From: Lytechinus pictus
Taxonomy: Eukaryota
DNA length: 60,000 bases
Assembly (NCBI RefSeq): GCF_037042905.1
Contig: NC_087246.1
Location: 3,288,001-3,348,000, forward strand
Direction of reading: 5' to 3'
In this document: positions 28,109 through 39,600 of the stretch, piece after piece
Position numbering within the stretch: the first letter of the stretch is position 1
Layout: each line of letters starts with the position of its first letter
Position numbers and translations under genes: made by a program
Notes under the pieces: model-generated
What the model was told of the DNA's origin: nothing
What the model saw: only the letters and a program-made list of their open reading frames with translations
The model's database searches: none

Positions 28109-28654
28109 ACATGTGCTACTGATACTAATACAAATTAGGCTGAGAGTATTTGATGAGGGATTCCCTTAATTACCCCAAATCTCTAAAAATTAAAGAAATT
28201 TTAAAAAATTTGATTAATGTAATTTTTGTTATCTGTATTTGTTAATTTTAGTGTTTTTTAGTTCTCAAGACAAATCGCGCAAGAAATTTCAATTTAGTGA
28301 TTAAAATTGAATTTAAATTTGAACGCTTGATCGCTTTGTTCCTAGCCTATAGTATACCCTAATTAAAATAGACACGCCCACGTAAGTGCTGTCAGTATAA
28401 TGGTGGTTGTCGCATGGACTAGACACTCCAGTGAATTGGAAAATGAATGGACCAGTTGCATTGATTTATAAAGTTATGTATATGTTTATGAATTACTTAT
28501 TTTACTGGTACCTTGATGTATTATTTATGAAGTTAAGAAATTGTTGTTGTAAATATCACTGGAAGAACCAATAAAAGCATACTAAAAAAAGGATTAAAAA
28601 AACACCACTGCATCTTACTCTTTGGTTGATTTGCGCTTATAAGTCAGAAATCTT

Positions 28655-29250
28655 TATTTGATTGATTGATTCTTTATTTCCATGCAAAAAATTAATCATA
28701 CAGCATAAAATATATTGATAATATTTCACGGTAAAATAACAATAAACAATCATTGCATGGGAGAGGACAGTCATAAGCACAATGGCTTGAAAAAGGACGC
28801 CCCTCAAGAAAGACTACAGCCCTGAATAAAATCAATATAAGTCATATTTAAAAAAATACAAAAAGCAGGGCCAAAAGGAAAACACACCAAGCATGTCAAG
28901 AATACTCTAATGATAATAACACACCAGTCGCGTATCGATTAATATTACTATGTTTAACATAGTTGCGTCGTATAAATGAAAAAATACTGTAAGCAGTATG
29001 ATGAAATAATGATAGAACAATATCTCAACTCAAATAAGTGCTAATAATGGAATACTTAAACTCAAACTTAAATTTGTTCAATGCAGGAGCACCACGTATT
29101 TGTAAAGGTATATCATTCCAGGTATCTGGACCAGTATGTCTAATTGACCTATGGGCTAAGGCGGTTAGCGGGCTTGATAAATGTAAATTTGTTGAGGTTC
29201 TCGTAGGATAATTATGAATAAATGAATTCAAAAGGAACATATTATGATGA
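28655..29250 (-). mobile_element. 5'-truncated CR1/L2-group LINE 3' end
   Basis: Minus-strand peptide HNYPTR...SIRHTGPDTWNDIP..IR.....KFK is typical of the CR1/L2 ORF2 C-terminus. It is followed by a 3' UTR and an (AATC)n tail at ~28657-28672. Confidence 0.7.
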
Positions 29251-29477
29251 AATGTTATTGGTAACTGGCGATGTCCAGTGAAACCTAAACATAAACAAAG
29301 CAATTTGAAATTTATGTATATCATCAATTTTTAAAGTCCTGAAACGGTTAAAGAGGGGACCAGTATTTTCATAATAACCAGCGTCGGCACATAAACGAAT
29401 AGCTTTCTTTTGAAGTAAAAGGATATGGTGATTTTTTGTGTAACTTTATGTAACTTCAATATTGCCTTTACATATTT

Positions 29478-29615
29478 CATGTGGTGTTTATTTGCCTTTC
29501 CCCCGGGTCTATCCCACAACCCTCACCCCGGCTCTCTCTTCTCCCCCCTCCCCCTTTTCTCTCTCTCTCTCCCTCTCTCACACTATACTTCTCCCTCTCT
29601 ATTTGTCGTTCCTTT
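29478..29615 (+). repeat. 138-bp left-flank segment duplicated at 42959-43096
   Basis: CATGTGGTGTTTATTTGCC...ATTTGTCGTTCCTTT appears identical in both places (offset 13481). Confidence 0.95.
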
Positions 29616-29817
29616 TATCAAGAAGGAGCTTCCAACACATGGAGAAACAACGCATCTTGTTCTTTTGATTGGACTCTGATGCCGCGATCGTTATCAGCAG
29701 GAAAAGTAATCTGGCGAAATCCCTTTTCAAATCTCCCGCGGCGGTACTGCCGCTCGTAAAACTTGCGGAAGCGATACCGCGCGGTGCATTATGGGACTGC
29801 AAATTCCGTAAACAAAC

Positions 29818-32800
29818 ATGGATGCGTCTAGTACTAGTAGTGAACCGAGTGTTGGTGAAATGGCGAATTCTGCAAGCGAAGAAAACCTTATTTTGGAGAC
29901 AGTAGACTGGGAAACGGAGGCGTATGAGGGCATTTGTATCTGTTCTCTGCCGAAGACAGAGCAATTGATTGCTTGTTCGTCCGAAACATGCCCGATAGGC
30001 CTGTATCATGCGGAGTGCGTCGGACTTCAACTGAATTGTGATCCCGAGGAGCGTCACAATGAACCCGGACTTGAAGACGAGAGCGCCACTACCGGAACCC
30101 CTATGGCCAGGGCGGGGAAAGCGGCTGGTATTGGGAGCCGAAGTGGTTCGACGCGGGGGACATTGAAGCGGAATTTATGGTCATGGTATTGCGAATTTTG
30201 TTCCAATGCCAAGGACACTGAAACTGACGGTAAATTAATTTTGCTCTCTAAACTAAAGTTAACGTTAGGAATAGGATGCTAGCACATTTATTTACTATAA
30301 TTTAGAGATTTTAGTGTTCAAACATTGTCTGATCCCATATAAATCCTGAAATTGTCATGAGGCTTTACATGTACATTAGGCCTACTAAGTTTATCTACAT
30401 TAAATTAAACTAAGTAAGAAAGTATTTTTCTTTCACATATGGTCTGATTGTAAAATCAAATTTGGATCTATGTTACGTTAGTAGTACAGGTATTTTCTGG
30501 CCCATTTTTTTCTTTTAATTTCTCATAGGAACTAGGAAGTCTTTTTAACTCTTGGTCTTGGAAAAAACTAAGAAGGATCTGAACAAAAGCTAAAGTCTTT
30601 AGCTTTAGTTTAGAACCTTATTTTATTTTTTCTAAGAGTAGAACAAAATTAAAAAAAGACTTCCTATGCAGGGAAATTTTTTTTTTTTCCGGGGGCTCCA
30701 TTTTCAACTTTTTGTAAAATCTTGGGGGCTCCATTTCTATCTTTCGTGGGCTACTTTTTGGATTTCGGGAGGTCTTTTCAAATGCTAAGTTTTTGTATTT
30801 TGAGGAATACCTGTTCAGTTATTAATGAATTTTTACTTATTTAATATTGTATGATTTTTTAAGTTATTTTTTTCATGCTTAGAATCTTGGATGTGTTTGT
30901 GTGGGTGTGACTGTGAGTTGAACTTGGATATAAATGAATTCAATATCTAATTTCTACTCCATCTATAACAGTACAATAACCTGTACTCGGCCATGTAATA
31001 AAGGCCCACATACCCTAACTTTTCCTGTAGTTCTTTTAAAACGCAGATCTCCACGAAAATTGCATTACCTTACTTAAATATACATGACAATGAAGAAATC
31101 AAACTTTATTGGCAGTTTTGAATAATATACCCGAAATGTAAACTCTGTCTGACACAGAAAATCACCATCAATGAGGCCTTTACTGAGCGTATTGTCCCCA
31201 AGAGCTCTGGCAGAGAGACAGAGCTCAGAACAAATGGGCCAGAATTTGTTTTTTCTTGTCAATTTTTTTCCAGAACTAAATTACCCATAGTCGATAGTGG
31301 AAACTTTTTTTTCTTGTAAAAAGTTTTATTTTCTATTTTCATTTTTTTTTTTGCTGAACATTTTCATGAAAACCAGCACCCCCTTTACTTGAAAAACTGT
31401 TCCCAGGCCAGGGCACTGATCTGATGAATGAAAGTTTTATGTTTATAGATCTGTCAATCATTGTTTCAATTTATATAATTTTTCACTTTCTAATGGATAT
31501 CCAGATACAGTTAACGGAGCAGTAACATTTTCTTATTTAATGTTTATTCTGTTATTTTGCTACAGATCCTAAAAGAAAACCGACAGCTGAGCAAACTACA
31601 GCAAGTGATGATGGGTCCCATGTAGGCACCTCCACAACTGGAAAGAAGAGGGTGAAAATTCCTTGTAAGTAGCTCTTAATATTGAATCAGTCTAATTTAG
31701 TACAACAAGCAATAGTTAGGCTCAATGAACACCTCATACAGATAGTTTTTGTCCATGATATATCCAGATCAAAGATCAATGAACAAATAAAACAGACTTG
31801 TGCAGATCTCTAGTATCGAAGGTGGGATATCAAGCGCTGCAACAGGAGTTATGATGTTGGCTTGTTGCAATAAGATACATTATTTCCTGTTCTTATTTTG
31901 GCAACTCTTATCTCCTTTTCTCTCTTGACCTTTTTCATTAATTATTCATTTATTATGACCGTTAAATAATCATTATTAAGTTATTATCGTCATGGTCATT
32001 ATCACATGTTGGGGGGGGGGGTGGTGGCAATCTCAGATAATATTAATGTTCAAGTACATCTAGGCTATGAAAGATTTTTTTTAAATTTATTTTTCATCCT
32101 TCCTTTTAAAGTTACATGTGAAATTCGACATGCCTTATGTTTGCTATGTAATTGATTAATGTTGTGTTTCACTTGTGTTCTTATTATAGCACAAAGGTCA
32201 AAGGTCCAGATGTCTAAGGAGGATTTGCTGAGAGACAGCACTGCAATATTCCAAGAGGCACTGCACGCGGCAGAGAAAGAAGATCACTTGAAGGGGTCTG
32301 AGCGTGGGCAGAGTGTCCTGAGGATTTGTAAACAAATACTGCTCATCTTGACAACCACAACACTTCTCGCTTCGGTGAAAGTTATAATAGAACAGATCTA
32401 TGATGCGGCAAGTGCTGGAGACAATGCTCGGATTGGTTCCTTCGCAAGTAGCAAGATGTGCTCAACTTTCCACAGTATGAGAATTGATTCAGAAGTTTGC
32501 CGAGTATGGGAGGATCTAATTTCTGCAACCACTTTAGTTGTGCCATTAGACATTATCCGTCTTACTCAACAATATTTGATGAGAAAGATATTGTATATAA
32601 TTACAAAAAGGAGGATACAGCAAGATAGTGTTCAAACGGGAGGAGAAGCAAAATTAACTGACCATGACCAAAACGTTATTCGATATGTGGCAGGATATAT
32701 TCCTCATGCTCTTGTGAAGAGATATCGCAAACAAACATCAGAAAAAGCTAAGAAATTTTTGAGCATTCTCAAAAGCTGGAAAAGTGGACAAGAGGACATT

Positions 32801-33220
32801 GAAGCAGATTCCTTTCTAGAATATACCTGCACATGGACAAATCTAGTCAACAGAGGTGGTCTGTTTACCGTTAATGACAAGGTCTTTAAACTATTTCGAG
32901 CCATGGAAATTAAGACACAAAAAACTTTGAACATGAATATCGCAAAAAACCAAAACCTAAAAGATGTCCTTTGTAAAAATGTGTCAAGTAACGAAAATGT
33001 CATACGATGCTGGCAAGTTTTGTGCGAGTCCTTGTGTTCTGATGATAGTGAAATTCTGTTTTCTTCTGTACTAAATTACTGGGTGAAGATCAGAGTTAAA
33101 GCATATGTTAGAGTCTATATGAATATTTTGAGAAAAGAAGAAATATTGCATAAGAAACAGAAGAAGCTTTCAAAAAAAGGAGAAAAAAGTTTGCGCAAAG
33201 GTTTGGAAAAGGATAAATGA
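29818..33220 (+). CDS. Transposon-encoded PHD-finger protein with P-transposase C-terminal-like domain (3 exons, ~513 aa)
   Basis: Exons 29818-30229, 31566-31664 and 32190-33220 join in frame through GT-AG phase-1 introns (1542 nt). ING-like PHD CxC..Cx4C..HxxCVGL...WYCxxC, basic NLS-like tracts (PKRK, KKRVK), and NVIRYVAGYI...LVNRGGLF in exon 3. Confidence 0.8.
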
Positions 33221-35409
33221 GACCTTGCAACACAAAAATCAAATATCTTTCTACATGTATTTTCGTATTCTCTAATTTCATATCTTTGAAAAAATAACAC
33301 AAAAATAGAGCTCTGACAATATCCAAATTGAATTATCAACACAAAACTCACACTCATACATGTATTGATGTACATCTACATGTAAAGATTTATGTGTAAC
33401 TCCCTTTGCTCTAACATTTTCTAATACATGTACACTGTAAGCTATTTAATAGTTCATCTTTAAATCTGGCAAAGATTAGTACCTGGTGATGTTTTGGTTT
33501 TTTTCATAGTCTAAAGTTCTGCACTGTAACAACTTAAAATGCAAGTACAATGCACTCTAATTATGATAGGTTTTTCTTCAATAGTCATCTAATAATTGAT
33601 ATTCAACTCTTAAGGAAATTAATACTATGTTCCATGGTTCTATACTTGCAAGCCACAGTGTAGCCATTTAAATGTCTACTCACAGTTCACCTTGTCTGTT
33701 TATTATTATCTGAAGACCATTTGCAATTTTGTTGGTTTGGTTTGTTATAAAGAGTGGTGCAAGCATGATGAAAAATTCTAAATCAAAAGTTCACAAAGCA
33801 ATTTTTCAAAGATTGAACAAGAGCATTTCCATATCATGCTATTGAAAGCAAAGTCTTGTCACATATTGCCATCTAACAATCTGAATGTTGTATGTGTCCA
33901 TGTACCTTTATTTAACTTATGAATTTGTTCATCAGTCGGTTTTCAGATATATCTAGATGTTGATACACGTAATTTCAAACATTGATTCACGGCAAGAAAA
34001 ATATGCAGCCATCTTAACACTATCTGACAAAACTTGTTAGATGGAGGCAGAATGTGTGACAGGTCCTTTTACACACATACATTGCATGTCTATAAAAGCA
34101 ATATTTTGTCAAAATGTTATGCTTTATATTTTTGGATTCCAACATGCAATAAGTATTTATCAACAAATATCATAAATGACCAAGGAACTTCTTGGAACAT
34201 CCTGATTTGAATAATATTGTGAATGTTATGTGTTACTGCAAGCATGAAATAAAGGGATTAAAATTATCCGCCACGTAAAGTTTGGGGTGGGATGTGCAAA
34301 ACAACCCTGAACCATATACTATTACTTAAACAAAAATAGCTAGAATAATAACGTTCAACCATCATACTTATCACTCTGCTACTTTATTTCATGATCTAAA
34401 TATTCTCGATATTTTCAAACATATACCAATATTTGATAGTATAATGAATGATTTTATTAATAATCGGTTGCCACATAGTTTGATTATTTTTCATTGATAG
34501 ATCATCCTTACAATACGAGAAATATAGAAAAGCGAAATGTTAATCTTGACAAAAATAATACCAATTTGGGAAAACAATTTCATTTTCTGGTCCTCTATGG
34601 AATTATCTGCCAAGTAATATTAAATTGTAAATAGTGTAAATATGTTCACTAAAAATGATCGTAATTTTCTGCAACAGTAATAAGTAAGTACTGAATTTGA
34701 TGTACAATATTGAGATTTAGTTTAAATTATTGTTTAAACTACGATGAAATTACTTGGGGCTAACCTCGATTTAGCATCTTGCTATTATGTAAGCTCCAAT
34801 TACCAAATGTTTTGTTTATATGTGATGTACTATTACATGTAATTGTACCTGACAGTGATATTTGGTAATAAATGAATTCAGTTCAATTCAAAACTTGCAT
34901 TCCTTAATGTTTTATTGTGCTATGTTAACCAGAAATTCATATTTTCATTTCTTCAAGTATCATAGGTGGGGTGACAAGATGTCAGATATAGTTGATTTTT
35001 TTAAATAATTATCTTGTAATGTCCAAATTAAATCCCAGGTCATTTTAAAACCAATTACCTCATTGGAGGGAAGATTATCAAATTGAATACAGTTTTGGTT
35101 GACACCCCAGCAGTGATACATGATGTAATTTGATATGAACAAAAGACCAAACACAGTATTAATAACTTTGCATGTTTACAATGAAATCACCACCGCTTTA
35201 CATGTATTCTTCCTACTGATACCCCCCCCCCACAAAAAAATACGCCTCACATTGGATTGTAATCTAAAAAAGTGCACATTCTGAAATGTACATGTACACT
35301 GCATACAATCCAACACAATGCTCCTTAAAATTGCGACATTTATAATACCGAGCTCCTTGAAAGTACATTTATACTGTAATGAGCTTGACAAATCTTTTAA
35401 CAAATACAC

Positions 35410-35883
35410 TTAAAGGGGAAATTCATCCCAGAAAAAGGTTTATTGTAAAAATAGCAGAAAAAATGATATAAAATATTGCCAAAGGTTTTGAGAAAAATTC
35501 ATCAAAGCATAAAACAGGTATTAGAATTTTAATTATTTCATCTGTGATATCATATGCGAGCAGGAATCCTACATATAGTGTATGGTAAAAATCAATGAAA
35601 TGTAATTTTCTCAGAATATTGAAAATGTATATCATTATCAATAGAAATAAATTCACACCTGATCATAAAAAAGTCATCAGGAACCATTAAAAAAGAAATT
35701 CCTGCATTTTATCAAGCCTTACATTTTATATTACATAAAATATGGGGCAGCTATGAACGTCACAAATCAAAGACTTAAAATTCTAATAACTTTCTTAATC
35801 TTTAACAGATTTTCCTCAAGCACCAATATGTATTTTTTATACTTCTACAAAAAAATAAAAATCTTCAGGTTGAACTTCTTTAA
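35410..35883. mobile_element. Kolobok-like MITE nested in the P-element intergenic spacer
   Basis: TTAA-AGGGGAAATTCATCC ... GGTTGAACTTCT-TTAA, with inverted AAGTTATTAGAATTTT-like arms. Confidence 0.6.
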
Positions 35884-36099
35884 AGCAGTCTGCTATGCAG
35901 ACTCTGAATGGTATGTGACATGGAATGAAGGGTGCAAAGCTTGCTGCCAGTTTACCAAGCAAACCAGCCTGATCAATACCTGTGTTGTCTTGAAACTTCA
36001 ATCAATAAATCCAAACAAAATTATAGCTTATTCATAAGAATATGAAAACAAAAGACTTCTCAGTTCTCCAAAACTTTAATCATAAATAAATAAATGTTC

Positions 36100-36135
36100 C
36101 AGCTACCAAATGTGTTGCAAGCTCCTTGCAGCTAC
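36100..36135. other. P-type excision footprint of the same element family
   Basis: CAGCTAC + CAA + ATGTGTTGCAAGCTCCTTG + CAGCTAC: a 7-bp TSD around the first 3 nt of the left TIR and the last 19 nt of the right TIR (1 mismatch). Confidence 0.8.
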
Positions 36136-36633
36136 ATATGAAAATCATTTCCATCATACATGTCCATGTGGTATTTGAGACCAGCAATGCAAACAGAAGT
36201 GTTAATCTTTTCACAAATTTATAACACTTCAAGCGATGCAGGTGGGGTAGATGTACATGTACAACGGGAGAGTAATGCAGTGTCACCACCATCTTGTGCG
36301 TACCATGTGATTCATCCACATTCTCTACAATGATAGTATCCTACATGTATATGTATATGAAGTAGCTTCTTGGTTTGTTACATACAGGAGATATTTCATT
36401 CCATGTCTATGCCCCTTAAAGTGCCAAGCATTTCATGTTCATGTCATAACACACTGAAATGATAACCAAAAACTTTTAATGTCAAAGTCAGTATACTGGA
36501 TATGTTCATGTCATAACCATAATGTACATGTACCACAAAGAATCAAATAGTCCTAAATCAAGAGGATGTTTGAAGCTCCTTCGTGTGACTTTGTCTGGAG
36601 GATTATAACAGCATGCCTGCAAGTCCCCCATTC

Positions 36634-39600
36634 TCATTCTGTCAATTTTCTCCTTTTACGTCTTTCAAGAGGGGTAGAGTCAAGCTTTGCTGTGTGGCTG
36701 GATTTCACATTTGCTTTGGTAGATACTGCAATGGCTGTTCCAGCAACATCTAGTGGAAGGACATTGGTAACAAACTGATGGACATCTGGGTTGTCAAATC
36801 GACCACCTACTCCACGCTGGCGACTGAAGTATTCTTCCAGAGGGTCTTGACTAAACTTTTCGGAAAGAAGAAACTGTACACCATCTTCCGTCAAGAGTTC
36901 CTTGCTAAGAGCTATGAACGACCTCACTGCAAAATATTGAAAAATAAATACTACATCAAAAGATATGCAAACATTACCAAAATAAGTAAATATATGAATT
37001 ACTAACTTCCATATACAACACACACATTTGTAAGTGTGCTCACTTCTTGTATTTGATTGCCTTTACCAAAATACATGTAAAGATAAGAACACTAATTGCG
37101 AGGAGTCCCATCTATTTTTATCTGTGCAAAAGGCAGGTCTAAAATTTTACAAACAAATATGCAAGTTTCTCCATTACAGTATGATGACATAATTTTTAAA
37201 GCGATATAGTCCATTATGGATGTGTATTGTATCAAAGCCGTATAGCTCCATGGTTGAATACATCATATTGGTGGCTTTACCTGTCATTCTAAGTCCAGCT
37301 AGGGTTTGTTTACTCAGACAGAGTTTTTCTCGCTGTGAAGGAGTTGTGTCTTTGAGGAGCTGGCCTTCTGATTCCCATTCATCAAGGAAGCCAAGAAAGC
37401 TTTCTTCAAGCCACTGCAGAATAATAAAAAGGAAATTTGATTACTTAAATAATTTTTGTGCATGATCATTATTAATTTGCCTTTTGGAAAGGAATAAGGA
37501 TTCCTCATTCAACCTTCCGACCCTGAAAATATTTTTTAATATGCAGGCATGGACTGACAAACACTTAAGGATTTTTCATGATGATTACTTTGATAATTTG
37601 CATAATACCATTAATTGTACTCCTAGTAGTAAATAAAGTGCTGGTTATTATAGCAAACTTCAAATAAGAATTATATCCATGTATATTTATTGTACCATAT
37701 TTTGACTATGCTGTTTCAGATCAAGTTTTTACTTGGTAGGGTCAGAAGTTAACATGGGGTTTCATGGTTCCTGCTATATTGACTATTTTAAATAACACAA
37801 TCTTTATTTCAGTACACGCTACATAATCAACTTACCAAAAATCTCCAGTCGTCAGCTGTCTCATAAGGAGCACGAGCAAGGTTCTTGGACTTGATGTGCT
37901 GTCCGAGGCCAGACACATTCAAACAGTCAAAGAACAGGTTTATGTTATCCACAAACATGAGAGTGCTTTCTGTATCCAGAGGCTCCTTACTCAGACTTTG
38001 TTGCATCCTCAAAGCATTAGCCATCGATGAACTGAGCACCTGAAATGGACATATTGAATAAAAATTAAGACATATATTTTCTCAATACATCTGGTATGCA
38101 ATCTCAAGGAGCTTGAAACTCCTTGATAATCTTGAATAATAGTATTGATAAATTCAGAGATAATCTGTGCTTTCATAGTAGAAAAGTGTACCTTTTTTGA
38201 AGGGGGGGGGGGGGGCGCCATATCCCATAGAAAATGTACATACTCTCCAATAATCTAAACTCCATTAATCACTATATGAGAATGGATGTCTATATACTTG
38301 GGCTTTAAGCAAAAAAATCGATAACGTATGATATGAAAAAAGGTGCTTACTTGGGCAGCCAAAGAAACTCGCATCCGTGAAGCAGGGGTCAGGTAGATAT
38401 GATCTGGAGTGATGCGATGCAACATTCTCAAGCCTTTTGCAGTGCCGTCATCTTTGTGTCCTTCATCCCACCTGTTAACGTTGATGATGTGCTGCCATGA
38501 CACTGGAAGTCCTCTGAACTAATATGCAAGAAAAAAATAAATAACATGAAATTAGTAAATACTGTTAACACACCACAGATCATAATAAATCCTGCATTTA
38601 TACATTTAAATAATCTTGAATAACATTATTTTGCCCACCAAAAATAAATTAATTAATAAACAAGTATCCTCTACATGTATACCAAATAGACAAATATGTA
38701 TGTGATGATAAATTCACAATTCTATTTTGTAAAATTGATTTTAATATCAAATTGTAAGAGATCCTTTTCCACATGTTGAAAGTTGAAAGAGCATCTAAAA
38801 AAAGACAACTGAGGAATTGTTTATGGAGCAATGTTATAGTGAGAATGGGACATTTTAAACTTGGCCTTTAGGACTTCCAACCCCAAATTCTAATCACATC
38901 ATCATGTACCTCATGTGCATACATGAGCAAAGTTTGAAGTTGTATTATCAAAGGTTTTTTTATAGTTATCATGAGAATGAAAATAGTTGGAAGGACAGAC
39001 AACTAAAAGATACACTTCTAATATTAAAGTACCCAACCGATGCATAAACAAATTTTAAGTAATTACCATTAAATTCCTGCTCCTGTTGTGCGCTCCAGAG
39101 TTCTCCAAATTGTTTCGTGATGTCTTGAGTAGATGAGGTGCATCCGCGAAAAAGAAGATTCGGCTACCTTCATCAAACGGATTTATCGTAAAATGCTGAT
39201 CTCCACAAAGTCTGTAAAATTTGCGATTTGTTGAAGCACCGTCAGAAACGAAGGCCCGCACACGGAATCCAACAGTGTGCAGCATCTCCACACCTTCGAA
39301 TATGATGTTATACAACTGGTCCGCTGACATGGCAGTACATGGGAAATACCCAAATGGCGACTGGAGCCTGGTAAAGATGCCACGCACCATGATGGCAAGA
39401 ACATGTGAAGCAATAGGTGGCTTTGACATGTTGGTTGATGCCCGCTGAAATTTCTCTAGTTCATTGTTCAGATCACCGAGTTCTGTAAAGCCGACAAGGG
39501 TGCCTTTTGACGTATACACCAACCCAGTCTTAATTTTCATCTCATCAAAAACAACAGACACATTCTTCTTGAAGGCAGGCAAAGAACTGAACCCGATGTC

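Noticed and set aside
34181..34194. CAAGGAACTTCTTG as another excision footprint
   Set aside because: Short, mismatched and without a flanking 7-bp repeat.
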